Of a stretch of 64,000 nt of DNA, positions 1-12,256 are shown in pieces. Source of the stretch: Mytilus trossulus (taxonomy: Eukaryota); the NCBI RefSeq assembly GCF_036588685.1, contig NC_086376.1, positions 74,813,630 through 74,877,629 of the forward strand, read 5' to 3'. A program made the position numbers and the translations under genes. Numbering within the stretch: the first letter of the stretch is position 1; every line of letters starts with the position of its first letter. The notes beneath the pieces are model-generated. The model was not told where the DNA came from, did not search any database, and worked only from the letters and a program-made list of their open reading frames with translations.

Positions 1-2058
1 TTCACTGGTTTGTTAATTGTTTATTATTATGTATAAGTTGTTATCTGTTCACACATTATTTCCTACCACTGTATGTGCAATTCTAGTGTCAGAGATATTA
101 TGTATAAAAAGATAAAAGCCATAATTTATTCAATTTGTACATTAATCCAATGTGGAAATAGATATTTTGCATGTCAATATTGTATACACGTATTACCAAT
201 TTTTTTTGTCTTTTATCTTTCTGTGATGTATACAAATGGAATCAAGTTTTAAAATAACTCTTGAAATATATTTTTTTTTCACCAATTGATTTTGGTACTT
301 CTTCTGTATCATGCTTTCTGGTATTGATATGTTAGCAAACATTAAGTGGCAATTGTAATAATTAGAAATGGGGAATGTAACTTTTGCAGTGAAACTTAGA
401 TGAGTATTTCTAATACGTTGTAAATGTGGCATTGTTATGCTAGATATTTTTCAACATGTTAAAATTTCCTTTTTCTTCTTACAAACAGAAATATTTCTAG
501 ATCAGAAATTTGACTTACAAAAGATTAGGGTTATTTTAGAAAAAGTGTCTCCTGGAGGCAGAAAACCCTTAAAAATAAGTGTTACCAACAACATATTAAA
601 ATTAAGGTGCAATATTTGTTTTACATAGAAAACTTTTACCTCCACCACCTAAATAATTAATCTTGGTGTTGTTCTCCTTGAAAAGCCCTGATGATATTGA
701 TAATAAAAAAACAGCTGATAAATTGGCTGACAAATAAAGATAAGAATTTTGATGTGTTGCAAAATCTGATGAGAAAGGAGTATTAAAAGGGAACTTGCCT
801 TGCCATTTGAGCTTGTAAACCAAAATGTTATATAAATCAATCAAATAACATCCTTCTTATTTTTACAAGACAAGCTGTCAAATTTTAGTTTGTTTTTTGT
901 CTTTGTTTTTGTCTTGTTTTTGTCTTGCATATTTGATAAGCCCATCAAATTTTCTTGCATTCAAAACTTCCAAAAAAGCATCGTGTTGAGATCTTCAAAG
1001 TTATGACATGAGTGTAAGCAACAACCCTCCTACCCTACAAGAGGTTCTCTACGAGCTGTCTTTTACAAAGATGATTTTTAAAGTGAATAAACTAAATTTT
1101 TAGTAAGATATAACATACATTTAAAATTTAAATTTATCTAAAACTCTGTTATTAAAAAAAAAGATTTTGAGGATCAAAGATTTTTTTACAATTTTTCATT
1201 TTCAAGGGCAATATGACTGGTCATACCTCTTACTATTTATGAATATATTTATGCTATTTTATTAAGTAAGCTTTGTATCATGTTGGTTTACTTGTTGATT
1301 GTCATCTCAATAGTTGAGCAAGAAATATGTGCCATATTAAGTACAAAAATGAGTTTGAATTTTATTTAGGAGCATAAAGCTCTAAGTTACTAAATAACTA
1401 AAAAATAAGAGCAGTGAAGCTCTGGCTTCTATTAATCTTTATTATAAATACAAATGATTATTTAACTTCTTTTTTGCAGTCATTTATTTATGAACTGTTG
1501 TTATAATTTTTATAAAGAATTATGCCAAGCATAATATTGTCTTTCATTAATGATGAGATTATTTGTAAAGTATATATGTATGTATAACTTACTAACCAGG
1601 TCCAGTTTTGTTTTGAAAATCTCACTGTTAAGATATATAGTTGATCCTGTTAACCAGTCTGCAATATAGATGCTATTCTTCCAGTTGTGGCAATGTGATT
1701 TTTTTTGTTGTTATTTGAAACAATGATCTTTAATAAAGGTGAACCTGTTAAAACATTATAAAGCTAAGATGAGTTTTAAAGACAGTGTTGTGGTCTTTAT
1801 GTATTAGGACAATGGAATATTCATCTGGTCTGAAAATTTGTTCATTTTGTCCTATTCCCTTTTCTAAATGATTATGAATTTGTAGGTTTGATATGCTTCT
1901 ATCCTGTGGGTACACATTGTATAGCATTGTTTTGAAGTTTTTGCAATCTATCCAAGTTTGGTTGGTTGGTTGATAAGTGTATTTCCTCAAAAAATAAATT
2001 TTGACTGATAAACTATTGTCTCCCTTAATGTAGATTTCTAAAAATATGAATCAAAACC

Positions 2059-2648
2059 TTTTTAACCGGATTTTTGTAACAAAAATGTCGGTTATTGATT
2101 TGGGGATGTACGGCGGTCGGGCAGTCGGGCAGGCGGGCGGGCGGGCGGCAATCAAATGTTGTCCATGCATTATCTTATGAACCGTTAAACCAAAGCTTTT
2201 AAAATTTTAATATGTTGTTACTAACAACTAAATGAAGGTCAAGTTCAATAATGGCGATTTGAAAATTGAAAAATGGTGTTTCCAGTAGTGTCTGTGCATT
2301 TTCTCATGAACCATTCAACCTAAGCTTTTGAAATTTTTATATGTTGTTACTGATGGCAAAATAAAGGTCAATTTCAATAATGACGATTTTACTTTTACCG
2401 TTCAGGAGTTATGGTTCTTGAAAGATTGTAAAATGGCTTTTCCATTCACGTTAATGCATTTACTCATGAACCATTCAATCTCAGCTTTTCAAATTTTAAT
2501 ATGTTGATACTGATGACAAAATGGAGGTCAAATTTGATATTGACGATTTTCACTTTCACCATTCATCAGTAATGGTTCTTGTGATATTGCCAGGACACTA
2601 ATAAATATTAATAAATCCTGTTTGCTGTCGTTGTGACAGCCTCTTGTT
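2059..2648 (+). mobile_element. HINE/DINE-1-like (Helentron-associated) non-autonomous element with (CGGG)n and ~3 internal tandem units
   Basis: 5' palindrome aaccggatttttgt/acaaaaatgtcggtt, (CGGG)n microsatellite, three ~130-160 bp repeats (catgaaccattcaa...ggtcaa...gatttt), 3' hairpin gctgtc-gttgt-gacagc, then ctcttgtt. T-rich flanks. Confidence 0.7.
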
Positions 2649-2769
2649 GACAATAAAATAGGCAAAAGTTTTTCAAGCAAATATTTACCTCACATTAATT
2701 TTAGCTATTTATTTTTGTTTCCTTTTGGTGCTCTTATTCAAGTATATACTTCCTTAACTTTGAATTTTG

Positions 2770-2850
2770 GGGGTTTGAGTATTCCTGATGAAGGTAAATC
2801 CAGAAAAAAAAGCTTCAAACCTACGAAATATTTTAAGTGTTATTTTCATG
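2770..2850 (+). mobile_element. Second hammerhead-bearing Penelope-type repeat fragment (decayed)
   Basis: attcCTGATGAaggtaaatccaGAAAaaaagcttc. Homologous decayed copies at ~9880-9960(+) and ~49850-49905(-). Confidence 0.5.
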
Positions 2851-4104
2851 TCTGATTTAAAAGTTTATAACAGATAACTTTAAGCTACAGGAAATATTAA
2901 GGTGTTTTAGAGTTTGACCTTTGGTAAAGAATTCTAAACATCTATTGGTAAATAGTTCTGCAAAATATTAACATAATGACTCACACATACAATGTTCAAT
3001 GGGTACAAAAAGCTTGATACCACAGACAGGCAATATATCAGGGAGAGTAAAAAAAATTCTCATGATAAATTGCAAAATTGAGTTGTTATGTACTGTATTA
3101 TTTGTTTTCAAACTTCCATCAGAATATTCTGTCAATTCAGAAATCATTTTTGATGTGTTCATTTAAACCTCTCTTCTTATTCAAGTTTGGCTGCTATCAT
3201 CTTATTTTCAAACCATAGTGTTAGCCTGGGTTACACTTAGTAATTAACTAACCAAACAAATCAAAATCTAGAATTCATAAATGATAAGAATAGAACAACA
3301 TGTTAAGGGTTACTAAAGGAAACACTCAATTAACTCCTCCTAATATCCTAATAAATCATAAAACATGTTCCTGGTTCGACCAGTTTAATATCATACTTTG
3401 AACAAATAGTGCTGACTTGTTTTTATGTCATTGAGTATGGGACCATGTGTATTTTATGTAAATAGTCCGATGGGCATTATATTTCATCAACATGTGATAT
3501 TTGCAATGCAATATTGAAGTCTTTCCAAAGATATCTCAAAATTATTCTACATGTATATGTGTAAAAAGGTATCATTAAAGAAGCAAAACCATAAGTTATT
3601 AATATATATTGCAATGTTTGTAAATACAACTTTTATGTTTTCTGATCAATCCTTTGTACAAATGATGTCTTTATGAGTGAAAAAAATCTGATTGGTTTTT
3701 AATTGTGTTCGACAAAGTTTTTACTTAATTGTAAGGTTTTAAGGTCGTCATAAAATAGAAGTTCCTTCATAATATAAATTCCAAATGGGAAAAAAAAAAA
3801 TCTGTAATATCACAATATTTGTTCCATCAGAAACAGATATAATGGCACTGTCTATAAAAAAGTTTCCAGTGGAAGCTTGAACGACTACAGATTTCTACTC
3901 CCTGATGTAAAATACTTATTTAATGATCATACAAGTCATTTTGATATCAATGTAAAGATTATTTTTTTGTGATATGTAGTAATTTTAACCATTTTTTTTA
4001 CCTATACAGAAATCATATAACATAATATGATCAAATTGACATATAAACAAATAGCAGGCATGAAACTCGCTGAAATTCTGACAGGCTAAAAAAAGAGTGT
4101 CTCA

Positions 4105-4316
4105 TACTATGAATTCATTTATTTTCGTGGGTACCAATTTTCGTGGAATAAGGAAAACTCGCATGTTCGTGGATTTTTAATTTCATGGTTATAACGAAGT
4201 CTGCTTACAAACATATAGAAATTTTGTTATTCGTTAAACATTTAATTTTGTGGTTCACCTGTACCCACGAAATACACGAAAATTGGTATCCAACGAATAA
4301 TAATGAATCCACAGTA
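4105..4316. mobile_element. Palindromic MITE with TA ends (Tc1/mariner-type)
   Basis: Long TIRs tactatgaattcatttattttcgtgggtaccaattttcgtg / cacgaaaattggtatccaacgaataataatgaatccacagta. Homologous to 53350 and 26585. Confidence 0.8.
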
Positions 4317-5921
4317 TTTGTTTGAAATTTAACTTTTTTTGGATATTATGGATACTAGTATTATGATACAATCTGACTTAATATATGTGGAATTCACAAG
4401 GCATTTGACTAAGGGATAAACTCTTCCTTTGTTGATGTAAAAATGATTATTGTTTCATGTAAAATGTACACAAACTGTAATAGCTAGATGTATAGAAAAT
4501 TTAAATTTATGAAAGAAATCTCTTTGGATTTTAAAATTTGGTTTACATTCAAGATCTAGAGTTATCTGACTTGAACCATTTGATTTAAGGCAATTTTTCA
4601 CATAGTGATTTAACTCATACTCAAGTATCCTGAATCACTTATTGAAGCATTTAAGTTTTATTGATAAAGAATTTGCTATTATCGGCAGGTTATGCTTTAT
4701 GTATACATCATTGTACATGTGGATATTTTTTACTTTACTTATTTTTGATAAATTTTTATGTGTTTCCTGAGAATCTAAAATTTCACCATCTTTAGTGATA
4801 ATCATTTGACAGTAGAATGGCATTGCCATTATAATTGTATAAATATAAGTATCAGGAAGACTCTTTTCATGAAAGATAGATATTAGCTTCAAACCTATAC
4901 CAGCTTGTAATGTATGTTCTTGATAAGGTGTTAAAACCTCACAACTCTTTCAATGTCATAGAAATGGCATATTGCAAAACGCTTGTAGGCACAATAATGA
5001 ATAGAATATAGGATTTACTGCTCATCTTTATCAAGATTTAATCATTTTAAATCAGACTCACAAATTTGTACAGTCCATTATATTACATGATAGGAATCAT
5101 TCTTTTTGAAAAAAATGTAGTTTCATAGATTGGGGAAAAAAACTAGCAATACTGCATGCACAAACTGTAGTTATTCATCTAGTTGTACAGCAGTCACAAA
5201 AGTATTGTTACAGATATTAGATAATAATTTTCTCTGAAATATGTGTTTACATATGTTTGAAATAACAAACTGAATTTTCATGTTCACTCAGTTAGATATA
5301 TAAAGATCATAAATGTTCTTCTTACTTTCTTAGGAAGGTTTCAACTCTGTCATTTTTTCAATAGTATTTAATTTTGAATGTGTCATTTGTACATATGATT
5401 TTTTTGTAAATCTGTAATATTTGAAAAAAAAATGCAATGCAATATTTATATTTTGCATTATTAAATTTGTATAGAACCATCCAGTCTTGACTTAATTAAC
5501 TTTATTTTCATTTTCCCCCAATAGATCAGAACTGAAGCACCAGGTAAAATATCATTCTGCTAGTGGAGAAAATCACTTTTCCACCAATTTATAAAAAAAA
5601 TCACATGGAATTGCCTTTGATGACACACTGATATAAGTGTGCAAAACAGACATAATATTGGTAAAAGTCGACCCTCTGGTTTAGTGTCATTATTGTCATT
5701 TTGTGAAATTCATCTTAAGTAAACATTCTTTCACACAGGTGGTTGAATGGGCTTTTCTCTGTATCCTATGAATGACTCATTATAGTTTAAGATACTGTGT
5801 GATGGATAAAATGTTTTATTGATATTTTTGGTTCTTAGTAATGTTGGCAACAGTTTACAATGACTTATGAGTTAGGTCAAATCATTTGTTATAAAATTTT
5901 CACTAGTTTCTAAATGAAGTG

Positions 5922-6577
5922 TTATGCCATGTTTCAAACAACTGTTAGGGAAGAGGCATTTAGTTTGACCCTTGTCTGGCAGTCCATCCCAAAGTTGGTT
6001 TCACTTCTCTTACTTTATTTGCCAGAACCAAATGTTATGAAACCTATTCCAAATATTTCCTGCTGAACATGCATGAAATAATATTTGCCACTGGACGTTA
6101 AGCAACAAACAATCAATCAATATTTAAAATGCTTAATACTAAAAAGACAGATCAAATTTGAATTTTGGTGGCATCACTTTACTTGTTCTAAAGTCATGCC
6201 CTTTGCAAATGGAAATATTGCTGAATATTTTGTTTCAGTTTTCCAACTTTAGTTTGCCTCAAGTAAATCATATGAAACTTGTACATAATGCTGATTACCA
6301 CAAAATACAGACCAAGTTAAAAAATATAGTGGTGTCACTTCAACCTTTCTCAAGTTATGCCCCTTTATAAATGGAAAAATATTTCTGATCTCTAATCTAA
6401 GTAAGCCTCTACCATATCCTATGAAACTTATACACATTACTTATTACAACATGTATCACAAAACTCAGATCAAGTATAAATTTGAGTAGCATCACTTTTA
6501 CCCTTCTTCAATTAAGTCCTTTTATAACTTTAAATGATATGCAAGCAGGGGCATCATCTGTGTTCATGGATCATTTC
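5922..6577 (+). mobile_element. Degenerate HINE-like element with internal tandem units; contains a SINE 3' tail at ~6064-6122
   Basis: 5' atgcc...ggcat, repeated 'atgaaactt...aagttatgcccctt' units, 3' ggggcatc plus a small hairpin. Internal atatttgccactggacgttaagcaacaaac(aatc)n tail. Confidence 0.5.
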
Positions 6578-8865
6578 AAATTAAAGCAAGATTATGATTT
6601 TATCAGTATTTGTGTTTACAAACATCATAGATATAATGCAAATCTTAACAAACATACAATTATTTGTCAAAGATGCCAAAAACTTGTGTTGTTGAGTTTA
6701 CAATACATGTATAGTACAACATGCTAGCATATACAATTTCAAAACAAAGGTAAACTTTTAAAGTATAATGAAAATACAACGATATATAAACTGAAAACAA
6801 CACCATAAAAATGTCATGTGTTCAAAATAAATATCCACCTGTTCTCAAAAGGAATGCCCAAAGTCTTTTCAGACAATTTCTGATTCAAACTTGGTTTGGT
6901 AATGCACATTATTTGAAGAATATTGATTTGGATGTCATTAAGTCATGGTCAAATAAACAACCATTGTGGTTAGACTAAGTCTGAAACTTGAGTTTCTGAA
7001 TGATTTAGTTTGAACCTTTTGTCCAAGTGATGCCAAACTTGCATGCTTTGATGTAGCCAAAAATATGTAATTGGGCAATATTTCAGTTTTTGATGAAATT
7101 TTGTATGCATTTTAGAACTCGTTCAACATCATGACTAGGAAAAAGAGAAAAGATTTCTGAATTGGAACCATTCCTTTTTTTGACATCTTTTCTATGGGGA
7201 CATATTGTTGGACTGTTATCTCATTTTAAAATAAGAAACACAGCTCTGATTATGATCATTTTAAGTTCAGAATAAAATGCATTCACTATATCAAATCATT
7301 TTAATTGCAAAAATTATATTTAAACCCATTAAAACCGTCATCAAATAAGTTGATTCAAAAAAATCTCCTACTTAAGCTTTGTGTTTCAGATAAATAATTC
7401 AGAACAGAAAATTTGATTTTTTTTTTAAGTTATGCCCTACAAGTTCTTACTATCTGAATCATGTTGGCTGATGAAATCATTAAAGATGGTGGTTAAGGGG
7501 GGTGCTTGCACGAAAAAAACGTGAAATAAGACATAATTTCACGTTGAACGTGAAATAATTTCTGTGATGAACGTTGCACGAAAAATAAATACTTTCATGT
7601 GAACCTTTTGTGACTGAGTCACTGTCTTCTTGTATATATTAACACTTTGTTTTACTTGATATTCCCGATTTAGTATACACATTTATTATATATTTGTTTT
7701 ATGGCTATTTTTACCATGATTCGTCAAAAATCCTTATTCACAGTGATTTGTCAAAAGTCTCAAATAATAATCATTATCTTTATTATAATTTTTTTTTTAA
7801 TGTGATTCGTCAAAATCAGTTGATTTTTCTTTTGCTAAATGAAAGTGCATATTTTTATATCATGCAACAAAAATTACCGTTACGTCATTTGGCAAGAATT
7901 ATTACTGTTATCCATCATGAAGGTATCCCCATTACCTTTCTCATATATAGTCGGCATGCAATCAATAACAAATAAAATATAATTGTTGTTTGGTTAAATT
8001 TGTCAAAGTAGTTTCAGCAAGGATTTGTATTGTATAGTACTGATCAGAACTATACAACTTACAAGTCATACAAAAAAGATGTTTAATTTTGTAACAGATT
8101 ATTTTCGTAATTTTTTTTTATCTTTTACAAAGATCTTTTCCTGAAACTACTTAGACAAATTTAACGAAACTTGTTCCAGATTAATAAGAAATAGTGAATT
8201 TGCCAGCTCACTCTGGTACTGTCTAAAGAATAATTATGAATGAATTTTTAATTTTCCCGCCATAAAACTTTTTGTACGTTCGGAAATCCTCATGACTAAA
8301 CCAAACCTGTTGTAAGAATCCCGAAATTTGAGATGGGCTGGTTTGGTAAGCATGAAGACTATGATTAAGACAAAATACAAATGTTTTTAATGAAATAACA
8401 TTATCCAAATTGAAATTCGGGAAACAATCACACTAAGTGGAATCTCTGTGGTGCTGACAACGAATCTGAAGCACCAGTCTCCACTTTTCTGATGCAGGAT
8501 CCTATGGGGGTCCTCAACAGGGTCTTCAGAATGTCGGATCTGTTTATTTCTGATTATGTTCAATATTTCGCATGTCAAGTAACTTTTCTAGATCATAAGA
8601 ACATTTCTTAAATAATTATCAAGTATTATCATGATTATAAAATTTAATAATTAAAACAAACATGACAAAAAGACCACACTAAATTTAAACCCCATAATTC
8701 CTTGAACTTTTTGCACTGAGTTAGTGGTCATCAACAAAATCAAGCACAGGTACTATCAGCATTTCTTTTTATTATTTAAATATAGAATAGTCAGTTTTCT
8801 TGTTGAGCAAACAATGTAATGATTGAGTAAACCAATCTTAGCTATAGTCTTTTATGAATGATTGA

Positions 8866-9253
8866 TACACTCTAATTTATTGCTACTCCGGCTTGACCTT
8901 AGAATTGGTGCCGCTTGAACTTTTGATGTCATACATGTACATAGCTGCTGGCTCTTAGGTCTTAAGAGCTAAGATACCATGGACAAATGATGGATACCGC
9001 AGATAACATGTACATCACCAGGCCCGTAGCCAGGAATTCCCAAAGTGGGGTTCGTTGGACTCACAAACTCGACTTTAACAGAACATTGACTTTAACAGTG
9101 CTTATTTGTTTTCAAAGGGGGGTTCGTCCAAACCCCCCGAACCCCCTCTGGCTACGGGTATGATCACTCAATATTTTATAGTGGTGTCAGATATCTTTTT
9201 AAATGACGTCAAAATTAAACGGGAACTTTGGTGTAACGGGAATTTAAGGTGTA
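8866..9253. mobile_element. MITE related to 32907-33076 carrying nested insertion(s)
   Basis: tacac...ggtgta ends; shared segment gtcagatat...atgacgtcaaaatt-aacgggaac. Confidence 0.55.
9019..9162. mobile_element. GC-rich MITE with 5-bp TSD (ATCAC), hAT5-like
   Basis: TIR caggcccgtagccag / ctggctacgggtatg; ATCAC at 9014-9018 and 9163-9167. Confidence 0.7.
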
Positions 9254-10396
9254 TTGATTGGAATTAACGCTTTTTCGTTGCAATCAGTTTTTTTTTGGTG
9301 GAAGCTTTTATGAATGAGTTATGTTGACCCTGGTTGACCCCAAGTAAATGTGTTCTTACTGTGTCATGATAACATAAGAATAGGTCATTTCTGGAATCAT
9401 GTCTTTCAACTCCACAGAGCTGTTTTTGTCAAAATTTAATTCTAACACGTTAATTTTTACATCCCAAAAAGGTCAAGATAAGGGATTTTGGTAAAATTTG
9501 ACAAAATCAGCTGGATTTTAACCAAAAAATGGACCAGGAAACACAGAGTGCTGGCCTCGACAAGCTTAATATTCAAATAAGACATGTTAAATGTCTTCAC
9601 AAACATTATTTTAAAAGATCTTTGTTGTCGACGTATGCGCTCTATTTTTCCTGTCAAACAATCATTGGAAATTTACCCATTTTCCGTGATTTTTTCGTGA
9701 AAAATCAATACGAGTACAACTTGTGACGTCATAATGAAACGCAGAAACGTAAAATTTCCAACAAAATGGCTTTTATCCTATCTAGTCAATGTATGAGCTA
9801 TAATTTATAGTGATATTTGTAAATAAATCCGAATTTGAAATTTACGCCAAAAAAGGGGGCCATTTTAGGACCTTTCTGTGTTTGGGCATTCCCAATGAAG
9901 GTAAATTTCGAGAAAGCACTTTGGAAACTCTAAATTTATGAAGTTTTAATGAAATTTCATAAGCATTGAAACAGATCATTTTATGAGTTGTTACATATAT
10001 AGGGTTCCTTTACTTGCAGATAGCTTTTCGCTTTACCAAAAAATAGCATTGAATATAATTACCTTTTGATTCTAATAGAGTATGACTTGCTATTGCTACT
10101 TCCTGCACACAGGTGCAGGACCCTCTTTGGTTATTACTTTCCTGTCCCTGTTTCCCAAATGTGACCTACCAAATTTGATTTAATACTGGGTTTGTCCTAA
10201 CAAGACCAACACAGAGGTGCCTAATGTGAAGCAGGATCTGCTTACCCTTCTGGAGCACCGGAATCAACTCCAGTATTTGTTGGATGTCTGTTGCTTAGTC
10301 TTAAGTTTGCCATGTTGTGTTTTGTGTACTATTGTTTGTAGGTCTATTACTCTTAAAAAGAGAGGCAATAGATATCAAAGGGACATTCAAACTCAT

Positions 10397-10472
10397 AAGT
10401 TGAAAATAAAGTGACAACACCAGGGATCAAAGACTCTTTTATCCCTGGTGTTGTCACTTTTATTTTCAACTT
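10397..10472. repeat. Near-perfect inverted repeat (31/32-bp arms)
   Basis: aagttgaaaataaagtgacaacaccagggat ... atccctggtgttgtcacttttattttcaactt (one-base bulge). Confidence 0.9.
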
Positions 10473-10836
10473 TTTTAAGCAAAAAAAACCCATATCTAGT
10501 GGAAGGTCCTGTGAAGCCTTTTAACATTAGCTTAACAAATATTCACTTGCCAGTATCAAATGGATCAAAAGTAGAAAAAATAGAAGTACATTAAAAATAT
10601 AAATATATTTGAAAATCACTTAAAAAATTATGTTATAGCTGATTAATTTTGATGACATTGACTCTGATATATATATATATTTTTTTATATACATTTTGAT
10701 ATTGCCTCACAAGTCTTTCCCTGTATATTGTTTATATATGATTCATTTTCTTCACATGAAAGAAAGGTTTAATATTGTTTGAAGCAATTGTTTTAGGGGT
10801 AAATATAAACTGTTACAAGTGTAACGATTTTTTCAT

Positions 10837-10975
10837 TTTTTATAGCTGACAATGCGGTATGGGCTTTGCTCATTGTTGAAGGCCGTACGGTGACCTATAG
10901 TTGTTAATGTTTGTGTCATTTTGGTCTCTTGTGGACAGTTGTCTCATTGGCAATCATACCACATCTTCTATTTTT
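10837..10975 (-). repeat. Repeat family C fragment
   Basis: Reverse complement of the 20813 copy 5' part. Confidence 0.75.
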
Positions 10976-12049
10976 GTATTTAGTGTCTATGCACTTTGTT
11001 ATGTATTGGTATGTAAATGGCCAGTTTTGCATACGGTACATATCATTTCCTTCTACTGGTACTTAAGAGTCATTTGAACAAATGTGCAAGTTTCTTGTTG
11101 ACATGCAAAGTTTCTATAAAAGAAATTTTGATAAAAAGGAGGTTACTTTCACCTACTAGATTGAACTATTTGAAGGTATTTTTTTCTCTACGTTGTGTAA
11201 ATACACGATACAATTGTCATTCAAATTATATTGAAAACAAAAAGGATAAAGGTTAATATTTTCTATAATGGGTTTAGTACCATGTATTCTTAAATGTCAG
11301 GTAAAACTAATCTATATTATGGTCTGACAAGGAGTAATGCTTTGTTAATACATTTTTCTCTTATATTCTTTTATCACCTTTTTGCATGTTTGAAATGAAA
11401 TGCGTCCCCTGGGAAATATTTTGATAAACCATTTATCATAAAATATGGAAGTATAAATTGTTCATATGCCAATTTATCACAATATATCCTGATTCAAGGT
11501 CAAGGTCGGCTTTTGTTCAATTGTAGATCAATTGGCTTTGATCAATGAGGTTTGCAAGAGGGTGAAGAGGCTTATTTCATTTTGGAGGGTTTTGTCAATA
11601 CTCTGATTTTTTTCAGTTCAACCTAAAATTGTGAATTTAAAAGCATCTGCCACAAGCATTCATTATCTTTTGTATTGTAGAAACATTTTTATGTTTTTTA
11701 TGAGATCTGGTGGAACAAAAAAGATGGTCGATTAAATTTTTGTTTGCTCAGCCATTAAATGAAAAGGTGGTTGACTGATTGTTGAACTTCATTGTTTCAG
11801 GTCCGTTTGCCTATCAGCTCATGTCATCAAGTTTTTTTTAATGATTATTGATAAACAAGAAAGCAGCACAGTTTCTGAATGTATGAAAACCCAATTCGAC
11901 CACTTCTAACAAGGATCTGATAAAAGAAGCTTGACACATCTAATAAAACATCAGTTTATCGGAAACTATGAATGTCTATTTTATAAGTAAAACATTTGAA
12001 ATGAAAGTGAAAGTATAAACAAGAAAGTCTCCAAAACTACAAACAATAG

Positions 12050-12256
12050 GAGAGGGGGGTCGGAGGGGTTCTGATCCTGAAAACCCTGGCTTCAAAACAT
12101 GAAATCCCGAGGTCCTGTCCTGAATTTACAGAAATTTAAATCCTGACATCCCTAAATTTGAAAAAAGAATTCCCGCATCCCAAACGGATCAATCCCGAAA
12201 TCAGGAGCTTAAAATAAACACTTCATCCCAACGTCTCAAAAAAGGTCATGCCCTCA
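12050..12256. repeat. GC-richer dispersed repeat with multiple ATCCC(G) motifs (probable MITE)
   Basis: gagggggg... start, ~8 atccc/atcct motifs, ...gccctc end. Confidence 0.45.
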
